The notes beneath the pieces were generated by a model, which saw nothing but the letters and a program-made list of their open reading frames with translations, did no database searches and was not told where the DNA came from. A DNA stretch of 59,139 nucleotides, counting the filler, from Trichosphaerium sp. ATCC 40318 (taxonomy: Eukaryota > Protista > Tubulinea): NCBI GenBank assembly GCA_038496445.1. It is 3 parts of 3 records of this genome, joined end to end, with 100 filler letters (N's around TTAATTAATTAA, not from the genome) between each part and the next. Parts side by side here need not be neighbours in the genome. Positions count along the whole stretch, not along the records: positions 27,384 to 48,763 come from JALMLS010000517.1; positions 48,864 to 59,139 come from JALMLS010000151.1; 1 more part is not named here. The stretch is one strand, 5' to 3'. Positions 38,601 through 50,098 of this stretch are shown one piece after another; position 1 is the stretch's first letter; each line of letters starts with the position of its first letter. Position numbers and translations under genes: made by a program.

Positions 38601-40800
38601 TCGAGCTTCATACAGACGCATCTGATGAAGGTCTTTGCGCTATACTCACCCAAAGAGACGATGACGATAAAGAACATGTTATATCTTATTATTCTAGATC
38701 GTTAAACAAGGCTGAAAGAAATTATTCAACTTCTATGCAAGAAGCTTTGGCCGTCGTCGCTGGTGTACGCAAATTTAGACCTTATCTGTTATCCGAACAC
38801 TTTACAATTTGGACGGATCATCAAGCCCTGATATGGTTCTACAGACACCAGAACCCAGACGGAAAAATGATTCGATGGTCTATCTTTTTATCATCTTACA
38901 ATTATACTATCAAGCACCGTCCAGGAGTTAAGAATGCAAACGCCGATACAGGATCTAGATCTCCTGTTATCACTCCTGAAAGTGCTCCTAAAGAAGAGTT
39001 TGAGGTAGAAGAAATTTATACACTCCTATCAAAGCTCCTCTCGTTCAAGTCCGTGGCGCAGCAATTTACGAAAAAGAAGTTCCTTCTTTCTCTCCTGTTC
39101 CTGAACCTTTATTACGTTTACATTATTTACAACGGAAGGACTCTGACTTGAATCAACAAATTGCATTTCTACAGCATTCCGAAGCTTTCAAGTATTATAA
39201 GAAGGCTCAACAACTTACAAAAGATACTAAGAATCTTTGCCTTAACGATCATGGAATATTATGTCGAAAATGGATCCCACCAAAATCTCAGCTATCGGAT
39301 AATACGGAACGTCTTCAATTCGTCGTCCCTCCTCCTATGCGATTGGATCTACTTTATCTCAATCATAGTATACCCACTTCAGGACACTTGGGTAGAAAAC
39401 GTACCTACCTTCGTTTATTAGAAAAATATTGGTGGCCTGGTATATGGTTAGATGTACAACAATACGTTGATAGTTGTGGTCAATGCCAAACTGGCAAGGT
39501 TGACAGACGTAAGAAAGCCGGCGGCCCTATGGGAACTATAGAATCTAGATGTCCCATTGATGTCATTGCCGCGGATCTTATTACAAAGCTTCCACGTACA
39601 AGAAATGACAATGTTTGTATATTGGTGGTTATGGATTACTTCACTCGTTACGCTAAATCCATACCACTACCAAACAAAGAAGCCTCCACTATCGCCAGAG
39701 CAATCTATGAAGAATTTATACTTGAGCATGGCGCTCCTAACGTATTTCTATCTGATCAAGGCGGCGAATTTAAGAAGGTTACAAAAGAACTATTTACGTT
39801 ATTGAACGTTGATCAACGACGTACTACGGCCTATCGTCCGCAAACCGACGGACTGGTAGAGAGATTCAATTCTACCTTGGTCAATATGATTAAAATGCAT
39901 ATCAACGATAAGCAAACGGACTGGGACGAATATGTCAGGCCGTGCACTTTTGCTTATAACACTTCGGTACATTCAGAGTTAAAAGAAACTCCTTACTTTT
40001 TGATGCATGGTCGTCATGCGAATACAACTTGGGATCAAGCTTTAGGTCGTGTCAAGACCTATTCTAAGGATAGCTATGCCAAGGATGTTGCTAAAGTAAT
40101 CAAGAAGACACACGAAGTCGCCTCACATATGAGACGAAAAGCTCATATTAAACAAAAGAAAAGATACGATTCCAAACATCGCGAAACGAAGTTCAACATC
40201 AAACAGAAAGTATACCTACGCGTTAATAAGAAAAAGGATGTTCCTTGGGGTAAATCGAGAAAGCTATTCCGTAATTGGTCTGGCCCATATTATATTGCTG
40301 AAGTCAAAGGCCCACACAATTATCGTTTAGCTGAAATTAACGAAGATGATTCTATGGGTATCATTTATCCTGAAGTATATAACGTAGATAGAATCAAAGA
40401 TTATAATGATGCTATCAAGAATGGTTTTGATCGACTAGTGCCTATTGTCGAAGCCTCTCCTGTCCTATCACCTGCTGAAGAAGCATATCGAAAAGAACAA
40501 CTTGCTAAATCTGTTACTCCTGAGAAAAAGTCTCCTTTTAAAGATAGTCTATTGGATATCTACAACGCTATCAATCAACGACGTGATACTGGTCCTGTTA
40601 AACCGAAAGTGTTCAGAATTTATTTACAAGCACTTAAAGACCTAATCTCCGGTGACCATTCCGCTTTCGTAAATCGCAACTCGCGTCGAGCTTATTTCCG
40701 AAAACAGCTTAAAGATGTTACTACAGTTAAGAAATTATTAGAATATTTAGATGGCCTTATTTCTGATTTCGAGACTGTATTTGAATCTGAACTTAAATAG
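35613..40800 (+). pseudogene. pol: pol (protease, RT, RNase H, integrase) disrupted by an insertion and two frameshifts
   Basis: YLDGGC protease; SPWAAP..LRFCIDYRGLN|insert|AVTKRDVYP; YIDD; TDAS..TDHQAL; HHCC, SDQG, VERFN, GPY. Frameshifts near 38068 and 39020. Confidence 0.9.
36818..37877. mobile_element. Non-autonomous TIR DNA transposon (1060 bp) nested in RT
   Basis: Termini CAGGTCTAAAAA / TTTTTAGACCTG. Removal restores GGC TTG AAC GCG GTT (GLNAV). Dense subterminal GGTATATACC palindromes. Confidence 0.92.
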
Positions 40801-40843
40801 TATCTGCTGCTCCTTCCACTATGTAGTTCAGTTTGGGGGAGTT

Positions 40844-40924
40844 TGTCACGATAATACTACTGTACTTAGAATAAAACATCAGACTTAAACTAAACTCGTA
40901 ACCCTCGCATCTCTTGTCGTAACA
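40844..40924 (+). repeat. 3' LTR (81 bp)
   Basis: Identical to the 5' LTR; preceded by PPT, followed by TSD TACGA. Confidence 0.97.
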
Positions 40925-41453
40925 TACGACTGCTTGGTAAGCGCATGGGCTACCCCAGAGGGGCTATAAAAACTATTATAAAAAAAATCGCAGGTCACAA
41001 GGAAACAAGTACGCTTTAACCTACTTTTACGCCCAACTACAGTTTTTACGCCATTTTAACAACCGTTCAACAATGACTTGAAGTCTCGTTAAAATTATCT
41101 GTTTTTATGAATTTTTTTTGAACACTTGAATCGTTCGCACTTTTTCTCATCATTTCATAGCAACTCTTCTTGCAACATCTGTTAGTAAGTTGCGGAAAGT
41201 GGCAAAAGAAAGTGGGTATTATCAAAGTGCTCCAAACAAAGCAGGGTGGATTTGGGAGATACTGACAAGGAAGTTTCCACGTACGTATTTTCAAGCACGT
41301 TTAAATATGATTTCATTGTCACCTATCACGTGATTATATTGTCACCAAATACATTGCAAACTTACTGATATTTACAGTCATCCCAACAGACAACAGAAAT
41401 CCGCACAGGATTCCACGACTCAGAGCCAGCGTACAGCAGAGGCAGTAAGGCTT

Positions 41454-43651
41454 ATGCGTGGTCATAGCGATCTGGAAGGTCCTGGGGCTGTGGCAATGAA
41501 TGATCCAAATGCTGCTGAAATATGTGGGTATTCCAGGGATACATTGAAGGCTATGATTGCAGAACAAATGGAATCTGCGAAAAAGGATCAACGAGAAACT
41601 TTTAAAAAGGAGTTGGCCGAAAAAGACAAAAAAACAAAAGAGCAACTTGCGCAACTTAAAAAGGAGTTGGACAAAAAACCAGCAAAAGAGGAAGTAGCAC
41701 AAATGATAGTAGAGATGAATAACAATTATCTATTGACAAGATATACCGTCCGTTGGGGTGATTTTTCATCAATAGCAATAATAGGTACATTAGAAAACGG
41801 TTTACATTGCTTGTTGTGTTTCATCAATTGACTTTAAATAGCGTATTCTGTGTGCTTGAAACAGGCAGGTAAAAACAACAACGCTAATGTTGTCAAAGAC
41901 AAAGCACCTTGGCTTGAAGAAATGGGAGCCGAGGGCAAAATTGTATTTGTTGACAAATCATGTGATGCCCTCAATTATGATTTGGTCAATTTAAAATTAA
42001 AAGAGGCAGCAGAGGAAGAAGGTATTGAGTTCAAACGAGAAACCAAAGAAACAGTACTGAACAAGCATCTCTACAAACAAATAGTAGACTTCCAGATGCC
42101 TCATTTAAGGTGTATCGATTCTCATGATAAACTCTCATTCGGTGGGTATGGTATCCCGAGAAAGCATCGCCCAGACTTGATATTTACAGCTAATCTGGAA
42201 GATATAAGTGCAGTGAATCCAGATAAACTTCAAATTGTTGCTACATGGGAGGTAAAGGACAAGAAATTGACAGATTCTCACAAAGGTCAGCTGATGTACG
42301 TGGCAATTTAAGAAAACAAAGCTTGCCCAAATATCTATTGTACAATTAACTTGTTTTCAGGTGCTCTCTTGCTGCATTGATGGCTCTACAAAGTCCCCGA
42401 GAATGGATGATGGGTATATTGTCAAATGCAGAGAAGGTCATGTTCATTCGGCTGATATGGCATGGACAAGATTGCCGCTATCACTACTCTTATGAGTTGA
42501 CTAAAGAGTACTCTATAAGCAGCCCAAATGATACAGGTTCAAAGCTATTGAGTGCGTTTTTAAGCAAAACACCAAAGGATCTTGGATGGTACTTCCCTAC
42601 ATTCTTCGTCAATAATATCCAATGTACCCCAAGACGTCAGTTGGGAACTGGTAGGACTGCTTCTGTATATCGTGTATTAGTTAACAACACAAATATGGCT
42701 GTGAAAGTGTTTAACCATAACTACATGCCCTATGCAGCTATCGAGAAAAAAAACTTAACACGCTTCTCTGACCAAGATATATCTGGCATGCCTAAGTTTG
42801 TACGTTTTACCAATATTGTTGTGTCAGTGTACTTATTCCGAGAAGATAACTGATGGTGAAACTGATCAAGGGTTGCCTTACATAATAACTACTCCTGTTT
42901 GTGATCGCATAAGATCAAATGGTGAATGCCCAGACTTAGGAGTAATCGTTAAACTGCTTAAGAAAATACATAACAAAGGAATAGTACACAGGTAAGTAAT
43001 CTTTTTTTGAAATCAATACTAATTGTTTTCTTGTTTTAGAGATATTAGTGACAGTAACATAATGCGTATAGATTCAATGCCGTACCTCATTGATTGGGGT
43101 ACTGCTGCAGATTCTAACGTGGTACTACCATACTCTGGTACTCAAATGTTTGCTAGCAGGGATGTACTACTTTGTCATGCTGATAACAAACCTGTTACGT
43201 ATGAACCAAAACATGACTTGATATCTTTGGTTCAAGTGTTTATCCGATTCCACATCCGAGACAAGGATCTTTTTACACTTCGGCAATTCTATAGTGCTAT
43301 AGTATGGAAAAGGCCCGAAGAAAATGATGAGAAGAGGGGAATGAAAGCAGCGATGTAGAAGATGATGAAAATAAGATTCAGAGCATAGGACAAGGCAACG
43401 ACAAAAAACTGATTGAAGAAAGTGAGATTCAGAGCACAGGACGAACCAATGATAAAAAAATACCTTGGCAGCCATGTTTGGAGCAAACGGCATTTCAGAA
43501 CTTTCTTAAAGGTTGGACCATGTTTGAAAACGATCCAGAATTTAAACCAGCCATCACGTGTGCGCTCAACCTTGACTATATTGGTCTTGAGAAGTTTTTC
43601 AACCGGAAAATACACCGCTACAATTGGGACTTAGATGTACCCAAGTGCTAG
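41454..43651 (+). CDS. Crinkler-like protein: coiled coil + PD-(D/E)xK REase-like domain + protein kinase; apparent frameshift near 43330
   Basis: RKHRPDLIF..WEVK..HKGQL; LGTGRTASVY, AVKVF, IVHRDISDSNIM, LIDWGTA, KHDLISL. The C-terminus continues in another frame to TAG 43649-43651. Confidence 0.75.
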
Positions 43652-44109
43652 TTTCTTGTATCACAAACTGCTGTAGTTTAACGTGAATAAATCTTTGTCA
43701 GATAAATCCCTACTTTTGGACTATACGTGTTCAAAAATCCAAAATTTGTTTTCATAAAAATCATGCTTAAAAATATAGGCTCGATTTCTTCAGTTGTTGT
43801 AATTATAAAGTGACTTTATTTAAAATGTTCTAAGCTGATTTATCTTCCTTCAACCCTAACAAAAGCGCTCTCGCAGCATCCAAACACCAAGGCAGGTGTA
43901 TTAAGGTTAAAACCAGTTATTTTGCTATCACGTGATGAAAAACGCTTTGTGGATTTTTCAACAGTATGGGCTACGCGCCCAGAACACAAGTGAACTAGGT
44001 GAAAACAGAATCCGGAAGGTATATGCTGTTGATTATACACGCTAGCTTAGTAAACTGTGCTCTGTTTTTTTCTTGTTTTCTAACATTTCAGGTCAGGTGA
44101 GCATGTCCT

Positions 44110-45020
44110 TCTAAAACTTTTGTATAGTTCTTGACAAATCACAGCACCACTCGGCCTTACTTTTTCTTCCATGTATTTGTCCTAATCAAGGCATTCAGAG
44201 TGATACCATACATCACAGTACTCGCATCGTAACATAGGCTTGTCCTCTACTTCTTTCCTACTGTGTTGGCAATCTTCAAACAATGAAATTCTGGGGTGTT
44301 GATGCTTGTAACACTGTTCACCAACAGTGCTACAAACGGGTAGTAAAAGCAACAAAACAAAACACCCCAAACGTACAACAAATACCATAAAGCATCATTA
44401 TCACTTGCTTTAATTGCACCACATTCATGCAAATGTGTACAACAAGGGCGGTAGACTGATGAAAAGTGATTTATTTCATTGTAATGATTACAACAACATA
44501 TGGGCTTTGTTACTTCTCTAGCTTGTACCACAAACAAGGTCCCATACGCTCCAAAGATTTGCCTTGTTACCAGGTGTTCTACATCCTCTACAATAAGCCC
44601 GCTTTGTAACACAATAACAAAGTACTGCGTTCTGTGATTTGTGTGATTGAAGTAACATCGGAAGTGTAAATATGGTCTGAGCATTCCGGATCACGGTTAG
44701 CTGCTTCAGCGCACTCAGCAGGAATTAACCGTTCATTCCATGGTGTCGGTCGGCCTCTCATTAGCACTTTCTTGTGACATGTCTTGTAAGAGTCACCCCT
44801 TGGCATTTGTGATATCTTTTGTTTGATTCCTCCGGCATAACCCAACATTGCATCCATCTACCTTCTGTTGGACCGAACGTTTCTGTTGCTCTTCTTGATC
44901 TTACTAAGATACAAACATCAACATTTTGTGCAGGTTCTCCGAGTTGATTTGTTTTGATGTTATCTTTGCATATTTGAGTGATTCTAACCAAAATTCTCAT
45001 AATATTCGTACTTTGACGCA
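44110..45020 (-). pseudogene. Cys-rich gene remnant ending in a PHD finger
   Basis: MLRCEYCDVWYHSECL*..EWCC is PHD-like but contains an in-frame TAG; upstream exons are Cys-rich. Confidence 0.45.
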
Positions 45021-45155
45021 CTGATTATAATAGGCGAGTTGGTGCAAATATTTATTTAGAACTACAAGTACTATTATGTATTCGTAAATACACGCCTGTT
45101 GGGGTTTTTGTTTATTAACTTCCTTTCCTGTCTTAACATCAAAGCTACTCCCTGT

Positions 45156-47384
45156 TCACTGAGGTAATGGTGTCCCTGGAGGCGGTCTGTTTTTCATAAA
45201 TGATTCTGGTGGCGTGAAGCAAGGATATACAACCTTAATTGTCTTCATTGTGCCACTATTAAACATAGAGTAAGCAAGTAAAAACTCTATATTTGCTTTG
45301 TTACCTAATACCACTTTTTACTTGCCAAGTATCAGTTAACGGCATAAACGTTGATGGGAAGTATTTATGATAATCAGGTGCAGCTAAAACGACATAAGAA
45401 TTGAAGAAAGAAAAAAAAATCAGTAAATCCATAGCCACCGTTTTTCGCGACCACCAGATGCTCTCAACAAAATATATTTCTTATAACGTACGTTTCATCT
45501 TATCAACAAAATTAGGTAATGCACGTAGTGCAATTTCATAGAACTCTAACATCTCCTTGCTTGGTCGCAACAAACCCTCTTTTTTTGAAAAAACGCTGAA
45601 CAATGGAAACGTCCTAAGCTCTGATGGATCAGTCTCGCCAAACCCTACAACTGGGTAAGTGTTCTTGGTAAAGTCTTTTATATCCTACAATAAACCAAGT
45701 TAATATACAGACAATTTACACTATCTAATAAAGAAGGTTTTCTTCAACGAAAAAAAATGAGAACAAAAAAGTTTATGAAACGCACTTGATAAGGTAACTC
45801 TCTGATTGATCCGTATTGTACACTATGAATGAGTGTATCCATATCATTCCATATTTGGTCTTCAGTCTAATAATATAAGCACTTGAGGAGGTATTTCAGT
45901 AGCGTACTTGAAAGTAAAGGTTAAGTGCTTCTTTGGTAATAGAAACAGAAAGCCCATATTGGTGCGCTCCCAATCCCATCAATACGCAGTATCTACGGTC
46001 AGTTAGCTTACTAACGCAAACACATAGAGTTCACTTACTTCATTGGTAGCGATTCTACTTGTACGCCAAAAAACTGTAGGTTGTCTACATTCGTCCATGG
46101 CTCTTTGAGAGAAGGTTAACAAAAAGGCGTATGGTGGAATAAGAACATACTCTTTGTGTAAAAAAATGCTGCTGAGTCCCATAAAGCATGGACAAATTTA
46201 TGGTCTACGCCTTCTATACTCCTGTGAATTTATTAGCAAATAGTAGGTCGCACAATGAAAGGCTTAAATGGATAAATAAGGTGATAACAATGAATGGTTT
46301 TGTTTTTCAAATTTAGGTTAAAATTTTGGGTTTTCTTAGCGTACGTTAACCCAGCAGCTGCTAAATTTGGTAATCCTTGCTCTGCTGTTTGCTTTAATTG
46401 AGATACCATAACTTGCACAATTTGAGGCCTTTGACTGGCGCCTGTGTTTATATTTAAAGACGACAAGAACTCATTCACCTCAGCTTGTATATTCTACGCC
46501 GTGTAAATAATTGAGTTGCACTAGACAAAAAAACTCGAATATGTGTAAAAAAAAGTGGTGACGCAATGTGGATTTCTTTTGGTTTTTGCGATACGTCTAC
46601 GCGCGTAGACACTTGGCTGTTGGGTTTTTGCTTACCGACTGACTGAAAAGTATCTTTTGAGGTCTGAATGGATCGAGGATTGTATGTGCAGGCTGTCCTT
46701 GTACGTAAGGCTTCTCACAAAGCGAAGCCTGCAAAGAAAAAAACAGTGAGTCATTAAATAACGCATTGCCAGTTGGAATGTGGTTGTAAAACAGTGACTA
46801 CGCAATGGCAACGTACAACGAACTTCTGGAGAACATCTGATGACCAAATCTTTCCTATCTGAAAAAACCCAATGATACAGTTTCTCTGGAAGTAGAGTGT
46901 CAGCGAGTGGTTCGTGTGATAGCGTGGATTTTGCTTAAACTGTTGAGATGACGTACATCCAAGTCTGCTGCGATGAGCGCACACGTCTTTTCTGGACCAG
47001 CATTGTATGTTGGCATTTTAACGCTTACATTTTCTATGTACCTACAAAAAATGGTTTGTAACATAGCAGGCGTGGTTTAAAAAAGCTGTAAAATGTCACG
47101 CACCATTCTACGTTTTTTTGAGGAAATGATTGTATCAATGCTACGTTAAGCCCTGGTAGTGTGGGTACTTTGTCTGGTGGCGCTTCCGTTACTGGCGCAA
47201 TTATTGGCTTGTTTAGTTGGTGTTTTATTACGAGGTCTATAAGATCTTGTTTTTCTATGCACCCGGTTGTGGAAACTCTATTTTCGCGTAGAACGCGCTT
47301 TAAAGTAGAAACTGACCATTTCGAGGCGTCTTCAGGTAGTTTGTCCTTATGAACGCTTGTAGGTGCTCCTGCCGTGCGAGACAT
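45156..47384 (-). CDS. Uncharacterised multi-exon protein with N-terminal SAP-like helix-extension-helix motif
   Basis: WSVSTLKRVLRENRVSTTGCIEKQDLI; many GT-AG introns; stop TGA 45156-45158. Confidence 0.6.
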
Positions 47385-47763
47385 TGCTGTTGGGTGTATT
47401 GAATACTTGGCCAGTGTAGCTTAACTGACGAACTCACGAGATATTAGGCCCAACAAGATAGATTGACGTTGTGATCCTCATTTCTAAGCACAACTGACAT
47501 TTATTAGATTTAGTGCCAAAACCCTCAGAAAGGCTCTAAACGGTGCCTTGACATCACTCGACGCTTGTCGCGTTATTCATTAATTCAATGGTGGCTTTCA
47601 CTTGTCACGAGCAAACATTGCTGCTTACTAAAATACCTCGTGCAACCATAATCCGCGTTGTTTGCTAGCCTTATGAATTCGGCTTTGTTCTGGCTTAACA
47701 AACTTAACTTCGGCCTAGGCATAGGCATCGTACACGCGTCATAGCGTTTCTGACACTTTGAAC

Positions 47764-48763
47764 ATGAGTCTGCTAAGCCATACTTTGCGTGCTGCATCGA
47801 AAACTTTCAAAATCAAAGATATTTTGGCTGGCGCCGCTGTGGGCTTTGGAGTGTATTCTGGGTTCGCCTTGGTTAATTGGAACTTCTGGACGTGCGTTTA
47901 CGTCTCTGGTGGTTCAATGCGGCCTGTATTGAACCCAAGCATGTACGTCGTATTTAAATTACACTTTTACAGACTCTTGTGGATTCGTAAATTCATTTTC
48001 TGTAGAATGGATGGGTGTGACGCCGTATCTTTGTGGTTGTGGGGCTACAGACCTAAGCTAGGGGATGTCGTTTGTGCCTGGTAGCGAAAATGCTTTATTC
48101 TTTAGTTAACCAAGTAAAGGGGTCCGCACAAGATTGGCTCATCTGTTTTAAAGCGTATTGTGGCTATGCCAGTACGTTTAGCACTAAAACAAAACGTAAA
48201 AAGCTCATTAATTTGTAGGGAGACTATATCATAAACCGACATGGTACTGGGGCATACGAAATCGAAGAGGGATACGTTTGGCTAGAGGTACAGCGTTTTT
48301 TTATTTTATCGCTTGAAACGTTTTTCTTACACTCATTGTCTAGGGTGACTACAGCGCCAACTCAGTTGATTCAAACGTTTACGGACCTGTACGCATTTAT
48401 TTTACTGTTGGAAGCACTTCGAAGACGTCATCAAAGCGTTTAATTGAGGAGTATTTGAATTTACTCTTTTTTTTTTAGGTCGCGCAGGAATTGATTCTAG
48501 GCAAAGCCACACGCGTTATTAAGCCTCAGCGTTTGTGGAGAGATCGTGCACGTCTTTTTAAAAAGCTTGAGAATGTAGACAAGAAGCGTACAGTATCACG
48601 TGATGAGTATATTGCTTTTTTGAAAGAGCTTAATGATAGAAGAGAAAGACTTGAAAGAGATAAAGAATTCTTACCTACTGATGCACCTGAATTATACCAA
48701 GACTTCCAAGATGACTTAGCGTCAATACTCGATAGTACTACAGATAAAGACCAAGTCGCATTG
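47764..48763 (+). CDS. Mitochondrial inner membrane peptidase IMP1/IMP2-like (S26)
   Basis: VSGGSMRPVLNP, LKRIVAMPGD, GYVWLEGD..NSVDSNVYGPV..LILGKA; runs into the gap. Confidence 0.85.
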
Positions 48764-48994
48764 NNNNNNNNNNNNNNNNNNNNNNNNNNNNNNNNNNNNN
48801 NNNNNNNTTAATTAATTAANNNNNNNNNNNNNNNNNNNNNNNNNNNNNNNNNNNNNNNNNNNNAATAAATAAAAATAAATGGCAGCTACGTTTACGAACA
48901 TGCGCCGCGCGTGTTGCGTCGAACGTGAAATTAAATGGGTAAAAAAAAAAAAAAAATGAACAAAACAAAAAAAAAAAAAAACAACCAACTTACT

Positions 48995-50098
48995 CAAAAC
49001 CAAAGATAACATCTCTGTGTTCTCCAATTAGAGTACCCACAATTTTTGTTTCAGTGTTGTGGTTTCCATGGGTACTCACAATCATCCAACCAGGACTTGT
49101 TGGAGCTAAAAAGAGTATTAGAAGTGGCACATCAAATAATTACAACTAACGAAAATACAAACACGTATTTTTCGTGTTAAAAATATGACCGCGAGCTCGC
49201 GGTCGGAAACGAACACATTAAATACGTGTTACGTTCAAAACAGCATGCTTGCAGTCAGTTATAAAAAGACTTTAAAAAAAAAAACGGTTTTTAAAAAAGT
49301 ACACACTTTTTATGTGTACAAAAACCAACCACAAGCTCAAGGTCAGGTACGAACACAATAAATAAGTGTTGTATACCATATACCAAGCAAGCAATCAGTT
49401 ATAAAGCAAGACTTTTAAAAAAAAAAACGGTTTTTAAAATAGTACACACTTTTTATGTGTACGAAAACCGACCGCGAGCTCGCGGTCATGTATGAACACG
49501 TTAAAAGCGTGTTTAAAACCGTACAGCGAGCTCACGGTCTGTAAAAAAAGCAAAACAACAAAAAAAATATTAAAAAAAAAGTACACAATTAAATTGTGTA
49601 CCAAAACCAACCGCCAACTAGCGCGACTAACAAACACGCGATATACGTGTTCGAATGCCGCAGCGAGCTCACTGTTGGAAATTAAAACAAAATAAAACAG
49701 TGTGAACCAAAACCAAACGAAAAAACAACACACACGCGTTCTGCGTGTTACGAAACCCTCGTTTGGGTTTGGTTCTACCATGCAAAAAAAACCGCATGGT
49801 AACGAAAAAATCGTACACATAAAAACCGTGTACAAAAACTGTCGGTTTTTTCCTAAATTTACTTGAAAAATTAGGATTTTTGAAAAAACCATTTAAAAGC
49901 AAAAAAACCCCCTTTATTAGTCTTTAAAAATTAAAATAAGACTAATAAAGGGGGTTTTAAAAAAAAAAGAGTAAAAAAGAGGTTAGTACCTAGTACTCTC
50001 TTCCTCCTGAGCCTGGGCTTACCATCAGCTTCTTTGGAGGGCTCATCCTCATCAGAAAACTCAATGTTTATGAGAGAGAGGTCTTCATCTGAGCTCAT
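48995..50098 (-). CDS. Orphan gene, first two exons (MSSDEDLSLINIEFSDEDE.. | PTSPGWMIVSTHG..)
   Basis: ATG 50098, donor near 49990, ~880-nt intron holding palindromes, open exon ~48995-49107, next donor GTAAGT. Confidence 0.55.
49187..49674. repeat. Intronic ~140-bp tandem units with the 18-bp palindrome GACCGCGAGCTCGCGGTC
   Basis: Perfect copies at 49187-49204 and 49470-49487, CpG-decayed copy at 49327-49344, partial copies near 49524 and 49661. Confidence 0.85.

Larger units (their letters stand above)
33286..40924 (+). mobile_element. Full-length Ty3/gypsy LTR retrotransposon (gag, PR-RT-RH-INT), RT interrupted
   Basis: Identical 81-bp TG..CA LTRs, 5-bp TSD TACGA (33281-33285, 40925-40929), PBS, PPT (GGGGGAG 40835-40841), domain order RT-RH-INT. 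Confidence 0.97.

Noticed and set aside
44203-44205. Possible recoded stop in the PHD finger
   Set aside because: It is TAG, not at a Cys position, and no SECIS is seen; pseudogenisation is simpler.
48764-48863. Second N-gap as the left boundary of the YR element
   Set aside because: Assembly gap, not a biological end.
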